A stretch of 10,320 nt of DNA from Abditibacteriaceae bacterium (GCA_031372065.1 JANMKN010000271.1:1-10320); one strand, 5' to 3'; numbered from the stretch's first letter, positions 1 to 7,388 are shown. Numbers and translations are program-made. Notes: generated by a model from the letters alone, not told the origin.

Positions 1-50
1 TGGGGAGCATTACCAACTTTGGTAATTGGACTATAGAAGATCGGCGCTAA
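1..50 (+). CDS. 3' end of an upstream gene (partial), ...GSITNFGNWTIEDRR*
   Basis: Frame 3 is open from the window edge to TAA at 48-50. This TAA overlaps the ATG at 50 (TAATG), the usual sign of translational coupling. Too short to identify. Confidence 0.45.
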   Translation, partial: GSITNFGNWTIEDRR

Positions 51-583
51 TGACAGACACAGATGTCGAAAATGACATTCTTGACTTGAATGCCAATTTT
101 AATGCATGGGGCCAGCAAATAGATAAATCCAAATCGGCCTATAAAGAAGTGCGACAAGCATTTCGTAATGCGCAGGCCAATGATATTCTTTTCGCTTTTT
201 CTCCTAGCCTCCGGGCTGATCTCTTGGCTGGGAACAACAATAACAAAAGGGAATTCAAGATTGGTGAGTATTTTCCAGATATTGCAGATGTGGATGTCAT
301 TTCTTGCACTTGGTATGCTGGTGGAGGTGGAAAGGGCAAAAAATTCAAAGACAGCCGCGACCATTTCAAATTCTATATAGGTGGATTCGCAGCCAAGGGT
401 AAAACACTCGCGATAGATGAATTAGGAGTTGAAGCAAACGACACTAATCCTCAGAAAACTCTTGACGCGATGCTTGACGAAGTGCAAAGCGTTGCCACTG
501 TCAACAAATTTGAATTTGAATATTTGACTTACTTTTTGGGAGGTGGGCGTGGGAATGGTATTACATCTCTGCGTCAACCATAA
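50..583 (+). CDS. Hypothetical protein, 177 aa, lower GC than the downstream genes
   Basis: The ORF track gives 26..583 from TTG; ATG at 50 is preferred because of the TAATG overlap. No family motif recognised. The sampled line 61-120 is 23/60 GC versus 35/60 for line 721-780 in the next gene. Confidence 0.7.
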   Translation: MTDTDVENDILDLNANFNAWGQQIDKSKSAYKEVRQAFRNAQANDILFAFSPSLRADLLAGNNNNKREFKIGEYFPDIADVDVISCTWYAGGGGKGKKFKDSRDHFKFYIGGFAAKGKTLAIDELGVEANDTNPQKTLDAMLDEVQSVATVNKFEFEYLTYFLGGGRGNGITSLRQP

Positions 584-592
584 ATAAGTTCG

Positions 593-1366
593 CTGAATAA
601 TATCCTCACCGCCGACTGCCTCAATATTTTGCCGCAGATTAAAGAAAATTCGGCGCGGTTGGTGATTGCTGACCCGCCGTATTTTCGGGTTTTGAGCGAA
701 GAATGGGATCATCAGTGGGCGAATGAAGGCGATTATTTGGACTGGTCGCTGCGTTGGATGCGCTTGGCGATGCGGGCGCTGGTGCCGGGCGGGTTGTTGT
801 ATTGCTTCGGGCAAACGGGCAAGCGTGAGCAGGTGTTTTTGCAACTGATGGCGCGGGCGTGTAGCGAATTTGACTATCACGATTTGATTATTTGGGATCG
901 CGCTGTCGGCTATAACGAAAGGCGCGATTCGTTTACGCCGGCTTATGAAATGATTTTGGTATTGCGCAAAGCAGGCGCGGCGCCGTATTTTGATAAAAAT
1001 GCGGTGCGCGAAACGTATAATAGAAAAACACAGGCGCGCTATCTTAAAGACAAACGCTATAAAAATTTAGCGGCGCGGCGCGAACATTTACGGCGTGGCA
1101 AATATGCGACGAATGTATGGCGCGTGCCGTCACTTAAAGGCAGTTCGGGCGAAAAATGGGGGCATCCGGCGCAAAAACCGGAAGAAATCGTGCGCCGGAT
1201 TGTGTTGTCTTCCAGCGCCGAAAATGAGTTAATCATTGACCCGTTTGCCGGTTGTGGCACCGTTGCGGCGGTGTGCGTAGCGCAGAATCGGCGCTGTTTG
1301 AGCATCGAAATTAATACAAAATTTGCCGAAACTGCCCAGTTACGGCTTCATCATCTGCGCGAATGA
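593..1366 (+). CDS. Site-specific DNA methyltransferase, N6-adenine/N4-cytosine, beta class (N6_N4_Mtase family)
   Basis: Catalytic motif IV (LVIADPPY) is near the N-terminus, with IIWDR, HPAQKP and SAM-binding motif I (IIDPFAGCGT) plus SIEIN near the C-terminus, which is beta-class order. The start is uncertain: the track uses TTG 629, but the conserved LNNILTADCLNIL segment extends in frame to CTG 593. Confidence 0.93.
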   Translation: MNNILTADCLNILPQIKENSARLVIADPPYFRVLSEEWDHQWANEGDYLDWSLRWMRLAMRALVPGGLLYCFGQTGKREQVFLQLMARACSEFDYHDLIIWDRAVGYNERRDSFTPAYEMILVLRKAGAAPYFDKNAVRETYNRKTQARYLKDKRYKNLAARREHLRRGKYATNVWRVPSLKGSSGEKWGHPAQKPEEIVRRIVLSSSAENELIIDPFAGCGTVAAVCVAQNRRCLSIEINTKFAETAQLRLHHLRE

Positions 1367-1497
1367 CGGAAAAACAGGCGCTTGATCTTGAAAGGCGTCA
1401 TTTCCAGTTTTTGCCCAAGGAAATCGCCTTAAATATCCCCTATATAGGTGAAGTGATGGGGTATAAGTCAAGAGACCAAATTTCAGCAGATAGGTAG
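1363..1497 (+). pseudogene. 44-codon ORF coupled to the MTase, probably a truncated gene remnant (MTEKQALDLERRHFQFLPKEIALNIPYIGEVMGYKSRDQISADR*)
   Basis: ATGA overlap with the MTase stop (1363-1366). Its TAG stop (1495-1497) lies inside the left inverted repeat of the adjacent element. Confidence 0.45.
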
Positions 1498-1676
1498 CAA
1501 CTTAGGTTGTTTTTGCTGACGAGAACCCTAATTTTGCCGACCGGAACTCTAATTCTGTTGACCGGAACCTTAATTTTACCGACCGGAACCCTCATTCGGC
1601 TCACCGGAACCCTAATTTTGTCTGCCGGAACCTTAATTTCGTTCGCTGAAACCTTAATTTAACCCAAGTTGCTACC
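1493..1676. repeat. Degenerate 21-bp tandem array (about 7 units, 1518-1660) bracketed by 16-bp inverted repeats
   Basis: Units start at 1518, 1539, 1560, 1581, 1602, 1623 and 1644 (the last partial), consensus GACCGGAACCYTAATTTTGYY. GGTAGCAACTTAGGTT (1493-1508) and AACCCAAGTTGCTACC (1661-1676) are complementary at 15/16 positions. Confidence 0.92.
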
Positions 1677-1795
1677 AATGCTTGCGAATGAATTCGCGGT
1701 TATAGAAGGGCGCGGCAGGGAACTTTGGTGTCAACGCAGGTTAACACTTTTCTTGTCCGCGAATTCATTCGCAGGCATTGGTAGTAACTCCTGTT
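1661..1795. mobile_element. MITE/REP-doublet-like element with a long terminal inverted repeat
   Basis: Arms 1667-1699 and 1757-1789 are complementary at 31/33 positions around a 57-nt spacer. Each arm contains the small palindrome GCGAAT-GA/TC-ATTCGC. No transposase is present in the window, so mobility is inferred. Confidence 0.6.
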
Positions 1796-1827
1796 TTTGT
1801 TTTAGCTGTCATCGAAAATAGTGTCCT

Positions 1828-1838
1828 CTTGCTAAACT
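1828..1838 (+). promoter_or_regulatory. Extended -10 promoter (TGcTAAACT) for a probable leaderless transcript
   Basis: CTTGCTAAACT lies exactly 7 nt before ATG 1846, with no strong Shine-Dalgarno. Confidence 0.6.
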
Positions 1839-1845
1839 GCAAGGC

Positions 1846-2784
1846 ATGAAAAAACCAGAAATATTTGGAAACGCTTCTTCCTTAAATTGGCTGTTGACTA
1901 TCGTGCTTGGGCTTTTTTGTTTCTCGGCACGCGCGCAGGAAACAGCGAAAAGTGAGCCGCCAAGAGGCGTCACGCAAGTTATTTTGCAGCGCACTTGGTG
2001 TTATGGCAGTTGCCCGATTGATCGTTTGGTGCTGAATAGCGACGGCACGGCGACTTATCAGGGAAACATGATCGCAATGCCTCGTTTCATCGAAAAAACA
2101 GAGCAAGGTTCGACGCCGGCTGAAGCCAAACTGCCCATCAGACGAGGTTCTACGGCTCGTATGAGCGGTTTATACGCCGCTTTTTTGGCGTCTGATATTT
2201 TTAGCAGCGCGGTAAAAATCCTTGAGCAGCAAGGATTTTTCGACATGAAGCCGAGCTATAATGATGAAAATATTGATGTGCCCGATGTAATCATCAGCGC
2301 GCAACGCGATGGGTTAGATTACACCGTCGTGCGTCATGGTTCCTCGACCAACTTTTGGTTATTGGAAAAATTTATCAATGGTGTTGGGGCCGATTTGCGC
2401 TGGACAAAAGATGAGGCTGCCAGCAATAACGGTATTGAGGGTTCGACATGGCGCGATTTTAATCCTGCGGAAAAGACGCAGTTTGCCCATGCGAACATCG
2501 AAGGTGTGCCAGTCCTTTATACGAAGATAATTGTTTCTCCCGCAAATAATGTCAAGGCAGTTTATAGAACCTTGGCCGACTCCAGAGGACATTTTCAAAT
2601 GATGCTGCCGCCCGGCGAATATAAAATTTCTGCCAGCGGCGATTACAAGCCGTTAGCGTGGCCTAGGCCTAAGGATTGGACTTTGCCGAGCGAATTCCTG
2701 TGGAGTGCAGAAACACAGACAATTAAAGTCGAAGCCGGGAAATTTACGGAAGTTAAGATGCGCGCCAAGTCACAAAATCACTAA
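1846..2784 (+). CDS. Secreted protein with a DUF6438-like domain and a C-terminal carboxypeptidase-regulatory-like beta-sandwich
   Basis: Signal peptide ending SARA-Q. LQRTWCYGSCPIDRLVLNSDGTATYQG matches the recalled DUF6438 signature (LxRTxCxGxCP...DG.v.Y.G). TLADSRGHFQMMLPPGEYKISA is typical of CarboxypepD_reg-like domains. Confidence 0.75.
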   Translation: MKKPEIFGNASSLNWLLTIVLGLFCFSARAQETAKSEPPRGVTQVILQRTWCYGSCPIDRLVLNSDGTATYQGNMIAMPRFIEKTEQGSTPAEAKLPIRRGSTARMSGLYAAFLASDIFSSAVKILEQQGFFDMKPSYNDENIDVPDVIISAQRDGLDYTVVRHGSSTNFWLLEKFINGVGADLRWTKDEAASNNGIEGSTWRDFNPAEKTQFAHANIEGVPVLYTKIIVSPANNVKAVYRTLADSRGHFQMMLPPGEYKISASGDYKPLAWPRPKDWTLPSEFLWSAETQTIKVEAGKFTEVKMRAKSQNH

Positions 2785-2788
2785 AACA

Positions 2789-2816
2789 TCCGATTAACGG
2801 CCTCCGATTAACGGCC
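2789..2816. repeat. Perfect 14-bp tandem duplication (TCCGATTAACGGCC x2) upstream of uvrB
   Basis: 2789-2802 is identical to 2803-2816. Confidence 0.9.
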
Positions 2817-2821
2817 CTGCG

Positions 2822-2832
2822 CTTGCTAAACT
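2822..2832 (+). promoter_or_regulatory. Extended -10 promoter (TGcTAAACT) for probable leaderless uvrB mRNA
   Basis: CTTGCTAAACT lies exactly 7 nt before ATG 2840. The intervening TCCACTT contains no SD. Confidence 0.65.
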
Positions 2833-2839
2833 TCCACTT

Positions 2840-4906
2840 ATGAAACGCACGGGAGAATTCAAAATTGCTTCGCCCTTTCCACCGGCAGGCGATCAGCCGC
2901 AGGCCATCGAAAAATTGGTGCAGGGCGCACGCGATGGCTTGGCGCATCAGGTTTTGCTGGGAGCAACCGGCACGGGAAAAACTTACACCGCATCACACGT
3001 TATTCAGCAGTTGCAGCGGCCCACGTTGATTTTGGCGCACAATAAAACGCTGGCGGCGCAGCTATGTCAGGAAATCCGCGAGTTTTTTCCTGAAAATGCC
3101 GTGGAGTATTTCGTTTCGTATTACGATTACTATCAACCCGAAGCCTATGTGCCGTCTTCGGACACTTATATCGAAAAAGAATCGTCGCGCAACGATGAAA
3201 TTGACCGTTTGCGCCATTCGACCACGCAAAGTCTCACTTCGCGGCGTGATGTGATTGTGGTGTCGTCTGTGTCGTGCATCTACGGTTTGGGCACGCCGGA
3301 ATTGTATCAACGCTTTGTTTTGGATTTGCGCGTCGGAAGCCAAATTGACCGCCGCAAAACGCTGGAAAAACTCATCACCATGCAGTTCGCGCGCAACGAT
3401 ATTAACCTTGTGCGCGGCACGTTTCGCGTGCGCGGCGATGTTTTGGAAATTCATCCGCGCGACAGCGAACATCTCACGCGCATTGATACTTTCGGCGATG
3501 AAATCGAAAGCATCCAAATTATCAATCATGTCACAGGCGAAATCATCGAAGAACGCAAGTTCACCACGATTTTTCCGGCCACGCACTTTATTGCCGACGA
3601 AGACCGCATGGGCAGCGCGCTGACGCAAATCGAATACGATTTGGAAAAGCAAGTGGAACTCTTTAAGTCGCAAGGCAAATTGCTCGAAGCGCAGCGATTG
3701 TTGCAGCGCGTGCGCTATGACATGGAAATGATGCGCGAAGTGGGTTATTGCAACGGCATTGAAAATTACAGTCGTTACCTTGATGGCCGCGTGCCCGGCG
3801 CACCGCCATTTACTTTGATTGATTATTTCCCCGACGATTTTTTGATGATTATTGATGAATCGCATCAAACTTTGCCGCAATTGCGCGCCATGTATAACGG
3901 TGACCGCGCGCGCAAAGAAGTGCTGATTGATTACGGTTTTCGCTTGCCCGCCGCGTTTGATAATCGGCCTCTCAAATTTGAAGAATTTGAAGAGCGTATG
4001 CAACAAACGCTTTACACCACGGCCACGCCGGGGCCATATGAAATGACGCATATCGGCTATGAGCAAGTGATTTTGGAAGAAGACGCCAAAGGCAAGCCGA
4101 TTCTCAAAGAATGGCAGCCGCGCGAAGTGACAGGCCAACTTGTCGAACAAATCATTCGCCCGACGGGTTTAATTGATCCTGAAATTATCGTGCGCCCGTC
4201 GCGCGGGCAAATTGATGATTTGCTGGGTGAAATCAACGCGCGTATCGTGAAAAAACAGCGCGCCCTCGTGACAACTTTGACCAAGCGCATGGCCGAAGAT
4301 TTGGCTGATTATCTCAAGGAATTGAAGCTTAAAGTGCATTATTTGCACTCGGACGTGGTGACAATGGAGCGCTCGGCCATTTTGCGCGATTTGCGCTTGG
4401 GGAAATACGATGTGATTGTGGGCATTAACCTTTTGCGCGAAGGTTTGGATTTGCCTGAAGTGTCGCTCGTCGCCATTTTGGATGCCGATAAAGAAGGTTT
4501 TTTGCGCAGTGAAACTTCGCTTATTCAAACCATAGGGCGCGCGGCGCGCCACGTCGAAGGCCAAGTCGTGATGTATGCAGATCGCATCACCGGTTCGATG
4601 CAGCGCGCCATTGATGAAACCAATCGCCGCCGCGCTTTGCAAGTGGATTACAACTCGAAAAACGGCATCACGCCGCAAGGCATTCAAAAGGCCATTCGCA
4701 ACGATTTAATTTCGGAAATTTTGGCCGATACGCGCGCCGAACTCATGCCGTCGTCGTTGACTAAAGGCAAGCCGAAGCCCGAAGATTTGCCGAAGATTCT
4801 TGATGAACTCGAAGGTGAAATGAAGGCCGCTGCTGCCGCTTTGGACTTTGAGCGCGCCGCTCAACTGCGCGATGAGTTATTGGCTTTGCGCGAGTTGATT
4901 AAATAG
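2840..4906 (+). CDS. uvrB: Excinuclease ABC subunit B (UvrB)
   Basis: PAGDQPQAI, Walker [19 protein letters not shown], damage-sensing hairpin [57 protein letters not shown] and a C-terminal UVR domain ([20 protein letters not shown]); 688 aa. Confidence 0.99.
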   Translation: MKRTGEFKIASPFPPAGDQPQAIEKLVQGARDGLAHQVLLGATGTGKTYTASHVIQQLQRPTLILAHNKTLAAQLCQEIREFFPENAVEYFVSYYDYYQPEAYVPSSDTYIEKESSRNDEIDRLRHSTTQSLTSRRDVIVVSSVSCIYGLGTPELYQRFVLDLRVGSQIDRRKTLEKLITMQFARNDINLVRGTFRVRGDVLEIHPRDSEHLTRIDTFGDEIESIQIINHVTGEIIEERKFTTIFPATHFIADEDRMGSALTQIEYDLEKQVELFKSQGKLLEAQRLLQRVRYDMEMMREVGYCNGIENYSRYLDGRVPGAPPFTLIDYFPDDFLMIIDESHQTLPQLRAMYNGDRARKEVLIDYGFRLPAAFDNRPLKFEEFEERMQQTLYTTATPGPYEMTHIGYEQVILEEDAKGKPILKEWQPREVTGQLVEQIIRPTGLIDPEIIVRPSRGQIDDLLGEINARIVKKQRALVTTLTKRMAEDLADYLKELKLKVHYLHSDVVTMERSAILRDLRLGKYDVIVGINLLREGLDLPEVSLVAILDADKEGFLRSETSLIQTIGRAARHVEGQVVMYADRITGSMQRAIDETNRRRALQVDYNSKNGITPQGIQKAIRNDLISEILADTRAELMPSSLTKGKPKPEDLPKILDELEGEMKAAAAALDFERAAQLRDELLALRELIK

Positions 4907-4980
4907 TTCAAGGTTCGAGGTTCAAAGTTTAGTGCTAACTCCAATTACGACCTTGAACCTTGAACTTGAAACCTTGAACT
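4905..4980. repeat. Inverted heptamer-repeat hairpin, (GTTCAAG)n ... (CTTGAAC)n, after uvrB; possible terminator or stabiliser
   Basis: AGTTCAAGGTTCGAGGTTCAAAGTT (4905-4929) faces ACCTTGAACCTTGAACTTGAAACCTTGAACT (4950-4980). Confidence 0.8.
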
Positions 4981-4989
4981 GAAAAAGCG

Positions 4990-5016
4990 GCGAACAATTT
5001 GCATTACTTCCCGTCC
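4990..5016 (+). promoter_or_regulatory. Candidate ECF-sigma promoter (GCGAAC-N16-CGTC)
   Basis: GAAC at 4992-4995 and CGTC at 5012-5015 are 16 nt apart, fitting the general AAC-N16/17-CGT ECF pattern. An SD (AAGGAGA) precedes ATG 5063. Confidence 0.35.
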
Positions 5017-5062
5017 ATCCGCACTGTTGTGAAGTTGAGGAACGACTTCGAAGGAGAGAACG

Positions 5063-7381
5063 ATGAACACACGTTCAAACAAAAAAACTGCATTGATCGC
5101 CGTCGCCGTTGCTGGCGGCGCACTTTTCCAAACCATTGATCCGGCTTTAGCCGCCATTAGCGTTCAACTGAACGGGCAACCGCTTAATACAGCCGTTGCG
5201 CCCGTCAAAATGCAAAACCGCACCGTCGTGCCGATGCGCGATATCTTTGAAGCATTAGGCGCCACTGTGGACTGGAATCCGGCCACGATGGGCATCACGG
5301 CCCAAAAAGATGCCACTACGGTCAATTTGGCGATTAACAATCGCCGCGCTTATGTCAACGGACGCGAAGTGACGCTGGATCAACCTGCTACATTGCTGCG
5401 AGGCCGCACTATGGTGCCGCTGCGTTTCGTCTCCGAAGCGATGGGCGCGCAAGTCGGCTGGAACGAAGCCCATCAATTGGTTTCAATTGACACGCCGATG
5501 GGCAGCGTCGTGAATACGGGTTCGCCGATTGCCCAAAATCCACCGATGCCGGCGCCAGCCACCAATCTGCCTCCAACGGGCACTCAAGTAGCCAGCGCGC
5601 GTTACATTAGCATTCCGGCTGCCAGCGTGGTGCCGGTTTCGTTAGATCAAGGTCTCTCTTCGGCTACCAGCCGCGTTGGTGACACTTTTACGGCCAGTGT
5701 GATTTCGCAGCGCATTGGCGATTCCGAATTTCCGCCGGGCACTAAAATCGAAGGCATGATTGTGGAATCGCGGGCGCGTCAGGGCGATAATCCCGGCGTG
5801 CTGGATTTAGATTTTCGTAGCGCGCTGCTGCCAACGGGCGAACGTATTCCTTTGAACGGCAATCTCGTGGCACTGGACAATCAAAGTGTCATAAGCAGCA
5901 ATGGCCGTATTGTGGCGCAGGCCTCGAAGGGCCAAAGCAACGGCGATAAGTTGAAAATTGTTGGCATTGGTGCTGGTGCGGGGTTCATTTTAGGTAAGGT
6001 TCTGGACACCAATAGCACAATCACCACGGTTCTTGGTGCGGCAGGTGGCTACCTTTACAGCCGTTCGCAGGATAAGAAGAAAGCCGCTGACGCGATGTTG
6101 GCTCAAAACACCAAATTAGGTGTGCGTTTGGCGAGTGCTTTGAACTACGCCGACACCAACAATTACGCCGAGCAACGCGAGAATTTCTTGCGGACAAATT
6201 TCACGACTTCGGTATTGGGTGTGCCTACGGAAGTTGCCACGCAACCGACCGCTTACAATCCGCCAGTGCCATCAAATTATCCGCCTGCTCAACCCACTTA
6301 TCAGCCGTCGCAGCCGGTTTACCAACCAACACAACCGGCCTATCCACCGACGCAGCCGGTTTATCAGCCGACGCAGCCGGTTTATCAGCCGACGCAGCCA
6401 ACTTATCAGCCGACGCAGCCAACTTATCAGCCTGCGCCGCCGGTTTATCAGGCTGGACAACCGACTTATCCGCCTGTCCAGCCGAATTACCAGCCTAATT
6501 ATCAGCCGGGTCAACCCGTTTATCAACCGGGCCAACCCGTTTATCAACCGGTGCCTGCTGATAATACGCAGCCGGTTTATCCAATCGATCCGTCGAATCA
6601 GCCGGTTTACCAGCCTCAACCTGCAAATCCCGGTTATATAGCGGCACTTCCGGCGCCCGGCGCAGCGAATTATCCTAATTATCCTCCCACGCCCACCTAT
6701 ATACCCGGAACGGGAGATTTAGGGCAAGGCAATACGTCCGTTTACCCGGCGTATCCAGCGGGGCGCTCACAGGTTGCCGGGGCGAGAAGTGTGCGCGTGC
6801 CAGCTAATGTTGTGATGCCGGTTACGATGGACACGGCGCTCAGTTCAGCAACAGCGCGTGTTGGTCAGACATTTTCGGCGACAATCGCTTCTGAGCGTAT
6901 CGGCGATTCCGAATTTCCGGCGGGCACTAAAATCGAAGGCATCGTCTTGGAAGCCAAGCCGAAACAAGGCAATCAGCCCGGCGTTTTGGATTTAGATTTT
7001 CGCAACGCGGTTTTGCCCAACGGTAATGTCATTCCACTCAATGCTGCGTTGATTGCTCTTGACAACGATAGCGTGATTTCGACCAATGGCCGTATTACAG
7101 CGCGCGCGGGCAAATCGCAAGGCACTGGCGACCGCCTGAAAATCGTTGGTATTGGTGCCGGTTTGGGTTTTGTCTTGGGAAAAGTGTTGGATAAGAACAC
7201 CACGCTGACGACGATTTTAGGTGCGGCAGGCGGCTATCTTTATAGCCGTTCAAGGGATAAAAAGTCCTCCGAGGCCGTTCTGACTGCTGGCACAAAATTG
7301 GGTGTTCGTTTGACTTCACCCGTGACTTATGCGGATTATAACGGTTACAGCGATTACCGTATGCAATATCTGCGCAATTAG
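5063..7381 (+). CDS. Secreted protein: copper amine oxidase N-terminal (stalk) domain + two TrbI/VirB10-like glycine-hairpin domains separated by a Pro/Gln/Tyr-rich repeat linker
   Basis: Signal peptide (…DPALA-A). RTVVPMRDIFEALGATVDWN and RTMVPLRFVSEAMGAQVGWN are the paired signature of Cu_amine_oxidN1. There are two homologous ~195-aa domains (IPAASVVPVSLDQGLSS… and VPANVVMPVTMDTALSS…), each with KIVGIGAGxGFxLGKVLD…LGAAGGYLYSRS. Strong SD. Confidence 0.88.
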   Translation: MNTRSNKKTALIAVAVAGGALFQTIDPALAAISVQLNGQPLNTAVAPVKMQNRTVVPMRDIFEALGATVDWNPATMGITAQKDATTVNLAINNRRAYVNGREVTLDQPATLLRGRTMVPLRFVSEAMGAQVGWNEAHQLVSIDTPMGSVVNTGSPIAQNPPMPAPATNLPPTGTQVASARYISIPAASVVPVSLDQGLSSATSRVGDTFTASVISQRIGDSEFPPGTKIEGMIVESRARQGDNPGVLDLDFRSALLPTGERIPLNGNLVALDNQSVISSNGRIVAQASKGQSNGDKLKIVGIGAGAGFILGKVLDTNSTITTVLGAAGGYLYSRSQDKKKAADAMLAQNTKLGVRLASALNYADTNNYAEQRENFLRTNFTTSVLGVPTEVATQPTAYNPPVPSNYPPAQPTYQPSQPVYQPTQPAYPPTQPVYQPTQPVYQPTQPTYQPTQPTYQPAPPVYQAGQPTYPPVQPNYQPNYQPGQPVYQPGQPVYQPVPADNTQPVYPIDPSNQPVYQPQPANPGYIAALPAPGAANYPNYPPTPTYIPGTGDLGQGNTSVYPAYPAGRSQVAGARSVRVPANVVMPVTMDTALSSATARVGQTFSATIASERIGDSEFPAGTKIEGIVLEAKPKQGNQPGVLDLDFRNAVLPNGNVIPLNAALIALDNDSVISTNGRITARAGKSQGTGDRLKIVGIGAGLGFVLGKVLDKNTTLTTILGAAGGYLYSRSRDKKSSEAVLTAGTKLGVRLTSPVTYADYNGYSDYRMQYLRN
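6278..6541 (+). repeat. Intragenic 21-bp coding repeat encoding YQPTQPV-type heptads
   Basis: Ten consecutive heptads (YPPAQPT to YPPVQPN, 6278-6487), then YQPN, then 2 x YQPGQPV. The DNA unit is TATCAGCCGACGCAGCCGGTT-like. Confidence 0.92.
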
Positions 7382-7388
7382 CTCTGTT

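Noticed and set aside
47..880. Minus-strand ORFs 47..364, 139..369 and 422..880
   Set aside because: They overlap better-supported + strand genes and show no protein-family features.
1518..1660. 21-bp array as a CRISPR array
   Set aside because: The units are contiguous with only 4-6 variable nt and no unique spacers, the period is too short, and there are no cas genes in the window.
3062..4687. Long minus-strand ORFs 3062..4150 (362 aa) and 4169..4687
   Set aside because: Antisense shadows of the highly conserved uvrB frame, with no recognisable motifs.
4905..4980. GTTC/GAAC repeats as LexA boxes
   Set aside because: The spacing is a 7-bp period, not GAAC-N4-GTTC or GTTC-N7-GTTC, and they lie downstream of uvrB.
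6219..6641. Arg/Ile/Ser-rich and ASADKP-repeat ORFs in alternative frames
   Set aside because: By-products of the stop-poor 21-bp coding repeat inside the 772-aa gene.
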